Source: a virus (Duplodnaviria > Caudoviricetes). From it: a stretch of 54,590 nucleotides of DNA. Numbering within the stretch: the stretch's first letter is position 1; every line of letters begins with the position of its first letter. Positions 8,242 through 15,544 of this stretch are shown piece by piece. The notes below the pieces were generated by a model that saw only the letters and a list, made by a program, of their open reading frames with translations, was not told the DNA's origin and ran no database searches. Both the position numbers and the translations under genes were made by a program. The stretch is taken from positions 1 to 54,590 of IMG/VR virus record IMGVR_UViG_3300043443_000432. One strand, written 5' to 3'.

Positions 8242-8551
8242 CCCGAATGCCTGGCGCGACCACGCCAGTGACTACGAGCGCGGATTCATTGACGGCATGC
8301 AAAAGCAAGCGCAGTCCAGCGTGGACCGGGCGATCAACGCATCACTGGACCGAACAGTCGACGCCATGGACGAGGTTGCCCACCGGTTTGCCCACCGGTT
8401 GGCGCTGGACCTGGAGTGCGTCTTGGCCAAGTACAGCGGCCCTTGGTACAACCAGGCTTGGGAAACGCTTAGCCAGTACCGGGCGGAGATGAACAAAATT
8501 CACGAACAGGTAAGCCCGACGTTTATGGGTGAGCCTCTCATTAAGGAGTAA
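8225..8551 (+). CDS. Hypothetical protein
   Basis: AAGGAG RBS, 108 aa. Confidence 0.75.
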   Translation: MKKIPDPNAWRDHASDYERGFIDGMQKQAQSSVDRAINASLDRTVDAMDEVAHRFAHRLALDLECVLAKYSGPWYNQAWETLSQYRAEMNKIHEQVSPTFMGEPLIKE

Positions 8552-8553
8552 CC

Positions 8554-8736
8554 ATGAATTGGACCCTGATTCTGTACATTTACGCTGGAGTGCTTGCAAG
8601 TGGCGACAGCGTTGCGCTAAACCACATCCCCGGTTTCAAGACTGAGCAACACTGCCAAGCGGCAGGAAGCGCAGCAAAACCGCTTGTAAAAGGCAGCGCT
8701 AAGGAAATTCGTTTTGTGTGTATTCGCCAGGAGTAA
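8554..8736 (+). CDS. Small secreted or membrane protein
   Basis: Hydrophobic N-terminus, two Cys, AAGGAG RBS. Confidence 0.7.
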   Translation: MNWTLILYIYAGVLASGDSVALNHIPGFKTEQHCQAAGSAAKPLVKGSAKEIRFVCIRQE

Positions 8737-8738
8737 CC

Positions 8739-8957
8739 ATGCCCCCGTTTGAACCTCATCCCACTGACCCCGACAAGCTGATCATGCGGCCTGGGAAATA
8801 CAACCTCCCCCAGCCCTGGCGCGATCTGACGCACGAGCAGCTCGAGGACATATACAGCAAGCACCACGACAGCGCTGGCAACCAGGTGTCGTCCGGTTTT
8901 TCCTACGAGCGGGCCATAGAGGCGGCTCTGCGCGCACAGAACGGGGGGGCGGAATGA
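8739..8957 (+). CDS. Hypothetical protein (MPPFEPHP...)
   Basis: AGGAG RBS; C-terminus resembles the RAIE..L tails of neighbouring genes. Confidence 0.7.
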   Translation: MPPFEPHPTDPDKLIMRPGKYNLPQPWRDLTHEQLEDIYSKHHDSAGNQVSSGFSYERAIEAALRAQNGGAE

Positions 8958-9118
8958 ACCAGCCCTGGTATATACGTCTTGGCTGGTGGCTGTGCGAGAA
9001 GCTCGGACATCCACTGCCGCGCAAAGGCTGGGTTTACGACGGCCAATACCACCGCGACTGCCGATTGTGCGGACGCATCGTGAGTGAACCGCTGCGAAAT
9101 AACGGAGCCCCCGAATGA
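8954..9118 (+). CDS. 54-aa C/H putative zinc-binding peptide
   Basis: Manual translation: CEKLGH...CRLCG; ATGA overlaps. Confidence 0.6.
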   Translation: MNQPWYIRLGWWLCEKLGHPLPRKGWVYDGQYHRDCRLCGRIVSEPLRNNGAPE

Positions 9119-9249
9119 ACACCTGCTCGAAATGCAACCGCGATCGCGTGCCCGAGGGCGGCGTGTTTTTGAACCCGACCAAGTGGGTGTGCGCCGAGTG
9201 CTGGCTGAAAATCTTAAACCACCGCCGCGCGGCCAAGGAGCTTGCATGA
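9115..9249 (+). CDS. 44-aa CxxC...CxxC peptide
   Basis: Manual translation: MNTCSKC...WVCAECW; ATGA overlaps. Confidence 0.65.
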   Translation: MNTCSKCNRDRVPEGGVFLNPTKWVCAECWLKILNHRRAAKELA

Positions 9250-9461
9250 GCTGCCCGCCAGGAATACTGTGTCACCACCAACCAGACTGCGCGGACAAAC
9301 GCTGCCCCGGTCGTTACAGTGGGCCAAAATTTTACTCAGGCCCCGCAAAACGAATACCAATGTATCGGCGTCCAATCAGTGACCACGCTGAAGTCATTGT
9401 GTTTTTGTCTGGAATTATCGTGGTTCTATTGGATGTGTTTGTTTTTAGAGCGAACATCTGA
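9246..9461 (+). CDS. Small Cys-rich protein with C-terminal TM helix
   Basis: MSCPPG...VIVFLSGIIVVLLDVFVF; AAGGAG RBS. Confidence 0.65.
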   Translation: MSCPPGILCHHQPDCADKRCPGRYSGPKFYSGPAKRIPMYRRPISDHAEVIVFLSGIIVVLLDVFVFRANI

Positions 9462-9505
9462 GCGTGATTTTTTGAAACCAAAACGGAAGCTGAAAGGAGC
9501 AACCT

Positions 9506-9820
9506 ATGAAACACACACCGGGGCCGTGGGAATTGTCCGAGGCTGAATACAAAGAGGGATTCGGCACGTACCGCCGCGTTGAACAAGTCGAGCAATTTGG
9601 GGACGTTGTTGCATCCGTCTGCATACGGCACGCAGTGAACCACACACTGGACGCCTGCGGGGACGCCAACGCCCGCCTGATAGCCGCCGCGCCTGAGCTG
9701 TTGGAGGCACTGGCATCGCTTACGGCAGTCGCACGACGTTACCTGCCGGACTACGACGAGCACCCGGAGGTACAGAAAGCCGACGCCGCCATCGCCAAAG
9801 CAACGGGGGGTGAGGCATGA
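9506..9820 (+). CDS. HTPGPW...ANARLIAAAPELLEAL family phage protein
   Basis: Characteristic motifs; AAAGGAG RBS. Confidence 0.85.
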   Translation: MKHTPGPWELSEAEYKEGFGTYRRVEQVEQFGDVVASVCIRHAVNHTLDACGDANARLIAAAPELLEALASLTAVARRYLPDYDEHPEVQKADAAIAKATGGEA

Positions 9821-9969
9821 TCAAGCAAAAAATCATCAGGGCCAACGGCTCAAAAGAAATTCAGCACGAGCTCGAAATTGCAATCACGATGGGCTGGCTT
9901 GTGCATTCGCTGACGGTCGATTCTCAACTGCACGTGTGGATCGCCGTTCTGTACCGGGAGGCAACATGA
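9817..9969 (+). CDS. 50-aa hypothetical protein (MIKQKIIRAN...)
   Basis: Manual translation; ATGA overlaps. Confidence 0.6.
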   Translation: MIKQKIIRANGSKEIQHELEIAITMGWLVHSLTVDSQLHVWIAVLYREAT

Positions 9970-10229
9970 CCACGGTTCACAAAGTAATCTGGTTCACCAG
10001 CGGCAGGGGCCTGGTGGGTATTGTTGAGGCCACGCAGGACGACGGCGAGCGCGGGTACTACATCGCGCCGTGCGACGGCTTCAACGAGGTGATCGACGCT
10101 AACCTGGTGGCTGCGCACGGGGCAAAGTTTCCAGAGGCTGCGGGGCGGGCGATCTTCGGACCGCTGGACCAAATCAGCGAGTCGCTTTCAGCGGCAGCCG
10201 CAAAAATCGGAGAACAAAATGGCAACTGA
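9966..10229 (+). CDS. Hypothetical protein (MTTVHKVIWFT...)
   Basis: GGAGG RBS; coupled. Confidence 0.7.
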   Translation: MTTVHKVIWFTSGRGLVGIVEATQDDGERGYYIAPCDGFNEVIDANLVAAHGAKFPEAAGRAIFGPLDQISESLSAAAAKIGEQNGN

Positions 10230-11175
10230 AATCATCGTCCCCAGCAATCAAGAACACTGGCTTGCCATGCGCAAGCAGGATGTCACGTCCACGGAATCAG
10301 CCGCGCTCTTTGGCATGTCGCCTTACGTCACGCACTTCGATCTGTGGCACCGCAAACGCACGGGCATCGTGCCTGAGTTCCAAACGAATGAGCGCATGAA
10401 GTGGGGCAACCGCCTCGAGGCCGCGATCGCCTACGGTATTGCAGAGGAGCAGGGCTGGGAGATCAAGCCTTTGAAGGAGTACTTTCGCGACCCCGACCTG
10501 CGCATGGGATCGAGTTTCGATTTCGTGATCACCAACCTGCCCGGCGGCCCGGTGCACCTAGAGATCAAGAACGTCGATTACCTGGCATTCAGAGATGGCT
10601 GGCTCGAGCACGAGGACGGCACGATCGAGGCCCCGGAGCATATTGAGATGCAGGTGCAGCACCAGATGGCGGTGTCGGGCTTTGAACGCGCGTTCATTGG
10701 GGCGTTTATTGGAGGCAACAGGGGTGTGGTGATCGAGCGCCACCGAGACGAGCCGGTGATCAAGGCAATCCGCGCACGCGTGGCCGCCTTCTGGAAAACG
10801 GTGGACGCAGGCCAGGAGCCCGATCCGGTGATGCCAGGAGATGCCGAGGTGATCATACGGCTCAACCAGTACGCCAAGCCGGGCAAGGTGCTAAGCGCCG
10901 ACGGGGACGACACGCTCGCCGCAATGCTCGAAGAATACAAAGTCGCCGCCGCTGCCGAGAAAAACGCCAAGGAGGACAAGGACGTTGCCAAGGCAAAAAT
11001 ATTCCTGCACATCGGAGACGCCGAGAAGGTGCTCACCAGCTCCTGGAGCGTGAGCTGCGCGATGCAGGCCGACACGCCGCCAACGCTGATCACAGCCGAC
11101 ATGGTGGGCAAAACCTACGGAGGCCGCGAGGGTTTCAGAAATCTTCGTTTATACCCACGCAAACCCACGAAATGA
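10219..11175 (+). CDS. YqaJ-like (lambda exo family) recombination exonuclease
   Basis: WLAMRKQDVTSTE...GNRLE...SSFDF...LEIKN...QVQHQMAV; adjacent to RecT. Confidence 0.92.
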   Translation: MATEIIVPSNQEHWLAMRKQDVTSTESAALFGMSPYVTHFDLWHRKRTGIVPEFQTNERMKWGNRLEAAIAYGIAEEQGWEIKPLKEYFRDPDLRMGSSFDFVITNLPGGPVHLEIKNVDYLAFRDGWLEHEDGTIEAPEHIEMQVQHQMAVSGFERAFIGAFIGGNRGVVIERHRDEPVIKAIRARVAAFWKTVDAGQEPDPVMPGDAEVIIRLNQYAKPGKVLSADGDDTLAAMLEEYKVAAAAEKNAKEDKDVAKAKIFLHIGDAEKVLTSSWSVSCAMQADTPPTLITADMVGKTYGGREGFRNLRLYPRKPTK

Positions 11176-11253
11176 TGGTACACTGGTTGGAAATTCCAAA
11201 CAGGAATCCACCCCGCCACCGGTCGGTTACCGGTATTTTTAGGAGTAATCCAG

Positions 11254-12096
11254 ATGAGTAATCTCCCCGCAGTACAAGAGGTGCGAGGCGCAATTGAAAA
11301 AATGGCCCCGCAATTTAAAGCCGCTTTGCCGGCGCATGTGAGCGTTGAAAAGTTTGTGCGCGTGACCCTCACCGCCGTGCAGACCAATCCCAACTTGCTT
11401 GAGGCTGACCGCCGCACGCTGTTTGCCGCCGCCACCAAGGCCGCGCAAATGGGCCTGCTGCCAGACGGCCGCGAGGGCGCAATTGTCACGTTTAAGAACC
11501 AGGCGCAGTGGATGCCGATGGTGGCCGGCATCATGAAGCTGGTGCGCAACTCGGGCGAGATCAGCACTTGGTCGGTCCAAGCGGTCTACGAGAACGACAA
11601 CTTCGACTTCTGCCTGGGCGACGAGGAGCACATCACGCACAAGCCCGCGCTTTTTAACCGCGGCAAGCTGATTGCGGTGTACTCGATCGTCACCATGAAG
11701 GACGGCGAGAAGTCCCGAGAAGTTATGTCGGTGGAGGATGTCAACCAGATCCGCGCGCGCAGCCGCTCCGGCCAGTCTGGCCCCTGGGTGTCCGACTTCG
11801 CTGAGATGGCCAAGAAAACGGTTGTGCGCCGCCACAGCAAGCGCCTGCCGCTCTCCACCGATATCGACGGCGTGATCAAAGAGGACGACGAGCTGTTCAT
11901 GCCTCCAGAGCCCGCCCAGGCCGCCCAGGAGGCGCCACAAGCCGATGAAAAGCCGTCTGCGGCCAAGCGCCCCAGCCGCTTAAATAAAGTCGCTGAGCAG
12001 GCGCCAGAGGGCGCCCCGATGCCTGATGATGACGGCGTGATCGACGTGCCGCACACCGAGGTGTCTCACGATCAAGAGGCGGATAGCCCGATCTAA
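11254..12096 (+). CDS. recT: RecT-family ssDNA annealing protein
   Basis: AQMGLLPDG...GIMKLVRNSG...PWVSDFAEMAKKTVVRRHSKRLPLS; acidic C-terminal tail. Confidence 0.93.
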   Translation: MSNLPAVQEVRGAIEKMAPQFKAALPAHVSVEKFVRVTLTAVQTNPNLLEADRRTLFAAATKAAQMGLLPDGREGAIVTFKNQAQWMPMVAGIMKLVRNSGEISTWSVQAVYENDNFDFCLGDEEHITHKPALFNRGKLIAVYSIVTMKDGEKSREVMSVEDVNQIRARSRSGQSGPWVSDFAEMAKKTVVRRHSKRLPLSTDIDGVIKEDDELFMPPEPAQAAQEAPQADEKPSAAKRPSRLNKVAEQAPEGAPMPDDDGVIDVPHTEVSHDQEADSPI

Positions 12097-12101
12097 AGTT
12101 T

Positions 12102-12222
12102 TGGGCCGAAAGCGGATGCTGTGAACCTGTGGCCGCGCGTGAAGTAACACGACTGAGCAGGGGTTGGAACCGGACTACTAAGCCGAATCCCCAACCATTC
12201 ACAGACGCAGCGAGTAGGCCCA
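12102..12222 (+). ncRNA. Candidate multi-branched structured RNA
   Basis: Nested stems TGGGCC/GGCCCA, CTGTGAA/TTCACAG, CCTG/CAGG, CGTG/CACG and GGTTGG/CCAACC, with a GAAA/GAGTA internal loop. Confidence 0.65.
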
Positions 12223-12239
12223 CCCAACAGGAGAAACGC

Positions 12240-12431
12240 ATGCGCGTCTACATAATCAAGCCCAAAGGCGATGGCGACATCAGGATGGTCATGGCAAAAA
12301 GCTATGCCCAGGCCATCCGTTACGCACTCCAGGATGTGTTCGAGGTATTCCCGGCCACAACCGCAGAGGTAGCCCAACTCGTGGCGGACAACTGTCCAAT
12401 CGAGGAAATCCAAACTGAAACTAAGGAGTAA
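12240..12431 (+). CDS. Hypothetical protein (MRVYIIKPKG...)
   Basis: AGGAG RBS directly after the structured RNA. Confidence 0.75.
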   Translation: MRVYIIKPKGDGDIRMVMAKSYAQAIRYALQDVFEVFPATTAEVAQLVADNCPIEEIQTETKE

Positions 12432-12434
12432 TCT

Positions 12435-12791
12435 ATGAGCGAGCAGAAACCAACCCCCATCAGCGTTGCGGCCGCAACCGATGTGTCCGAGTTCTTCACC
12501 GATCTGGACGGCGGAATCTTTGAGCGCAAGCTCTCGATCGCTTTGTCCCAGGTGGCAGCCGCCTGCACCGACCACGACAAGGTCGGCGAGGTAAACATCA
12601 AGCTGTCGTTTACGCAGATTCCTGGCACCGGCCAAGTGCGCTGCGAGCACACGCTCAAATTCGTGAAGCCCACGTTGGACGGCAAGTCTGGCGAGGAAGA
12701 AAAACGCGCCACCGTGCTGCACGTTGGCAAATACGGCGCCCTCTCGCTTGCTCAGCCTTCGCTGATGGGTAAGCAAGGTGAGCTGGTTTAA
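12435..12791 (+). CDS. YfdP-like prophage protein
   Basis: TDVSEFFTDLDGGIFERKLS...HTLKFVKPT; sits before a DUF2303-like gene as in prophage yfdP-yfdQ. Confidence 0.7.
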   Translation: MSEQKPTPISVAAATDVSEFFTDLDGGIFERKLSIALSQVAAACTDHDKVGEVNIKLSFTQIPGTGQVRCEHTLKFVKPTLDGKSGEEEKRATVLHVGKYGALSLAQPSLMGKQGELV

Positions 12792-12800
12792 GGAGTGGTC

Positions 12801-13610
12801 ATGTTTGATAAAGACACCCTTAAGTCATTGCAGGAAAGCCATGCAATTGATGCCGCAAATGACAGTATTCCTGTCGTTGGTGTGGCCGCGCTACCTTCAG
12901 ACTACAAAATTCACGACGTTGAAAAGTGGATGGAAAAGCGCCGCCGCGCAATTGGATCCATGAAAACAAGCGCGGTTGATGACTTCGCTGCCTACGTTGA
13001 CCAGCATGCCGAAACAGGCGCCACGGTATTTGTAAACGCAGAGGCCATGCGCGCAATTGCGGTGCTCAATCTGGGAGCTCCCGAGACGCCCGGCCACGCC
13101 GACAACACCGCCGAGTTTGCACCAAAGGCCACGGCCGCTTTTATGGCAATGAATCAAATTGCAAACGGCCAGCCGCGAAGCCAGCAAGAGGTGGCCGAGT
13201 TTATGGAGGACTGGCCAAGCCTGGTGTCTTGCTACAACGAAGAGGGCAACATTGCAAACCCTAAAGCAATCGCCGCTGTGCGCAAGGTCAGCATCGAGTC
13301 CATGCGCAAGATGGAAAGCCAGGAAAAGCAGCTATCTGCCAGCCGCAGCGCATTCGAAAGTGTGCAGGCCACCAGCACTGAGCCGCTGCCGACGCTGATT
13401 TATTTTGAGACCGTGCCTTACCACGGACTGCAAAGCCGCCTGTTTGTGATGCGCCTTGGCGTTCGCACTGGTGGCGAAAAACCGGCCATTACGTTGCGCA
13501 TCCAGAACATGGAGCAGCACAACGAAGAGATGGCCAAGGAGCTGACCGAGATCGTTGCCAGCGAAATTAAAGAAATTCCCGTGCTAATTGGCACATACAC
13601 AGCAAAGTGA
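12801..13610 (+). CDS. DUF2303 / YfdQ-like protein
   Basis: AIAVLNLG...PGHADNTA...SQQEVAEFMEDW...PYHGL. Confidence 0.8.
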   Translation: MFDKDTLKSLQESHAIDAANDSIPVVGVAALPSDYKIHDVEKWMEKRRRAIGSMKTSAVDDFAAYVDQHAETGATVFVNAEAMRAIAVLNLGAPETPGHADNTAEFAPKATAAFMAMNQIANGQPRSQQEVAEFMEDWPSLVSCYNEEGNIANPKAIAAVRKVSIESMRKMESQEKQLSASRSAFESVQATSTEPLPTLIYFETVPYHGLQSRLFVMRLGVRTGGEKPAITLRIQNMEQHNEEMAKELTEIVASEIKEIPVLIGTYTAK

Positions 13611-13822
13611 AAACCATGAACCAACCCACCCCCGAACAAACGCTGAACATCAAACTCACCATCGGCGAGTACAACTTTCTGCACGCCATCCTGAGCGACT
13701 TGCCCACCAGGAGCAACGCCTGGGTGCTGCGCAACAACATTGAGATGCAGGCAAAGGCGCAAGCTGAAGCGCAAAACATTCCGGTCGTGGATCCCAACAC
13801 TCCCGCGCCGGCTGCTGAGTAA
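13607..13822 (+). CDS. Hypothetical protein
   Basis: Coupled ORF. Confidence 0.65.
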   Translation: MKTMNQPTPEQTLNIKLTIGEYNFLHAILSDLPTRSNAWVLRNNIEMQAKAQAEAQNIPVVDPNTPAPAAE

Positions 13823-13825
13823 AAC

Positions 13826-13848
13826 AAGGACCGCTTTCGGGCGGTCCT
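13826..13848 (+). promoter_or_regulatory. Stable hairpin directly before the RBS of the HTH gene
   Basis: AGGACCGC-TTTCGG-GCGGTCCT followed by AAAGGAG. Confidence 0.5.
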
Positions 13849-13861
13849 AAAGGAGTACCGA

Positions 13862-14068
13862 ATGGAGAAATTTGAAAACCAAATGCTGACGCCGCAAGAG
13901 GTCTCCCAACTGATCAAAATTTCTGTCGGCACGCTGGAAAACTGGCGCCTGGCAGGCCGTGGACCTAAGTTTTTCAAAATTGGAGACGGACCTCGAGGCC
14001 ACGTTCGCTACCGCCTCCAAGACGTTGAGGATTGGATGTTTGAGGACGCCAAAGAGGGCAGCAAGTGA
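13862..14068 (+). CDS. Excisionase/AlpA-like HTH protein
   Basis: LTPQEVSQLIKISVGTLENWR..GRGPKF.KIG...VRYRLQDVEDW. Confidence 0.88.
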   Translation: MEKFENQMLTPQEVSQLIKISVGTLENWRLAGRGPKFFKIGDGPRGHVRYRLQDVEDWMFEDAKEGSK

Positions 14069-14304
14069 ACCAGTCCCGCACCGCCTCGCTGATCGAGTCC
14101 GTGTTCAATGTGGTGATTGGCTACGGCGTGGCGCTGGCAAGCCAATTGGTCATCTTCCCGATGTTTGGCATTCACATCCCGCTGTCGGACAACCTGGCGA
14201 TCGGCGCTTGGTTCACCCTCATCAGCCTGCTGCGCAGCTATGCGATCAGGCGCTGGTTTAACGCGCGGCTGCACAGAGCTGCGCAGAAACTTGCTGGAAT
14301 ATGA
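14065..14304 (+). CDS. Small two-TM phage protein (QSR..SLIES...RSYAIRRWF type)
   Basis: Two hydrophobic helices; coupled. Confidence 0.8.
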   Translation: MNQSRTASLIESVFNVVIGYGVALASQLVIFPMFGIHIPLSDNLAIGAWFTLISLLRSYAIRRWFNARLHRAAQKLAGI

Positions 14305-14825
14305 AACGCAAAAAACAGAACCGCAAAACCGTTCACATCTACCACTACAGCTTGATTGATGTGATGATGGCCAGCCCCAGCGAGCCGCTACCGAGCAGGC
14401 ACCGTGTGCACCAGCTTACACGCATGCACCAGGGGCTTGATGCGCTGGAAAAATCGCCCCATCCGACCAGGGACGACTGGCGCGTTGTAAGCGATGCGGT
14501 AAACATCATGGAGACGTTTATTACCCAGGGTCCATGGCTGGACTGCGATGGCGACTCAGTTGAAATAACGGATGCATCGGGCCTGCTGTCAGACGCTGTG
14601 CAGGCGCTTGCAACGGCTGGACGGCGTTATAAGGCCGGCGGTAACATTCGGCTAGACGGAGCCGGCATACAGGCCGTGCGAGCCGTTTTGGCGGACTACG
14701 GAGATCTGCTCGACGCGCTGCCCGCCAGGACAATGTTGCAAGCGCATAGAAAAACAGAAATCAGAATTCGTGAAATCCTGGACGGCAAGAAACGGCCGCA
14801 TGACGTGGAGGTGATGGACCTATGA
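14301..14825 (+). CDS. Hypothetical phage protein
   Basis: 174 aa, coupled. Confidence 0.75.
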   Translation: MKRKKQNRKTVHIYHYSLIDVMMASPSEPLPSRHRVHQLTRMHQGLDALEKSPHPTRDDWRVVSDAVNIMETFITQGPWLDCDGDSVEITDASGLLSDAVQALATAGRRYKAGGNIRLDGAGIQAVRAVLADYGDLLDALPARTMLQAHRKTEIRIREILDGKKRPHDVEVMDL

Positions 14826-15025
14826 AGCAATTTGATTCACAGAGTCTTATCAACGGACTCGACAAAACAACCGTTGACGGTTTGGCCGAAGCGTTACTGA
14901 TTGCTGTGACAAGTCTTAAAGACGATCATGGACGGTATCTCATAATTCGGTTTGATCCAGACCCAATAATCAACATCAAACATGCCAAAAGCGTTGCGGC
15001 CATGCTGCTTGGAGGCGCAAAGTGA
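14822..15025 (+). CDS. Hypothetical protein
   Basis: Coupled ORF. Confidence 0.65.
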   Translation: MKQFDSQSLINGLDKTTVDGLAEALLIAVTSLKDDHGRYLIIRFDPDPIINIKHAKSVAAMLLGGAK

Positions 15026-15312
15026 CCCCAGAAGAGATGCAACTCGACATGATGGTGGCCGACCTGGACTACGAGAACCGCCTCCTGCGCGCGAGAGCTG
15101 ATCGCTTGACGAAGGAAAACGAATCGCTGGCCGAGCAGATCAAGAAACTGCACGCAGAGATCGACGCGTATCGCGTGCAGGCGTATCCCAGCACACTCAG
15201 ACGCCGTGAAGAAGATCCATGCCTTGGATGTCGAAAAGGTGGCGTCTGTCGCACACTAAATTGCGGCCGTCTCAAACTACCAGAGAATCATCCGTACCGT
15301 GTCGGAAACTAA
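15022..15312 (+). CDS. Coiled-coil plus Cys-cluster protein
   Basis: Heptad segment and CLGC...C...C. Confidence 0.7.
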   Translation: MTPEEMQLDMMVADLDYENRLLRARADRLTKENESLAEQIKKLHAEIDAYRVQAYPSTLRRREEDPCLGCRKGGVCRTLNCGRLKLPENHPYRVGN

Positions 15313-15490
15313 CTCGCCCTGGCCTTACATCCGAGCCATTCTGGGGCCCGGGCTGCACTGGTCGAAATCTCCGGAGATGCTGGAGGCGGCTATCAAACGC
15401 GCCGAGCGTGACGGCCAGCACGCGGCGGCGGATCACCTGCGCATCATCCTCGACCAGATCAAGATCGTTGGATTCGTGCTCCCGAAGTAA
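15299..15490 (+). CDS. Hypothetical protein, last of the rightward arm
   Basis: Ends at the convergent terminator. Confidence 0.6.
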   Translation: MSETNSPWPYIRAILGPGLHWSKSPEMLEAAIKRAERDGQHAAADHLRIILDQIKIVGFVLPK

Positions 15491-15518
15491 AAAAAACCCC
15501 GCCGGGTTAGGGCGGGGT
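15489..15518 (-). terminator. Rho-independent terminator of the late arm, at the convergence point
   Basis: Minus strand reads ACCCCGCC-CTAACCC-GGCGGGGT followed by a T run. Confidence 0.85.
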
Positions 15519-15544
15519 GAACCTTCACAGGGAGACAACTGCAA

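Noticed and set aside
12102-12222. tRNA or hammerhead ribozyme
   Set aside because: No T-loop GTTCRA or CCA end, and no CUGAnGA core in hammerhead geometry.
12129-12239. 5' extension of ORF 12129..12431
   Set aside because: It overlaps the structured RNA; AGGAG supports a start at 12240.
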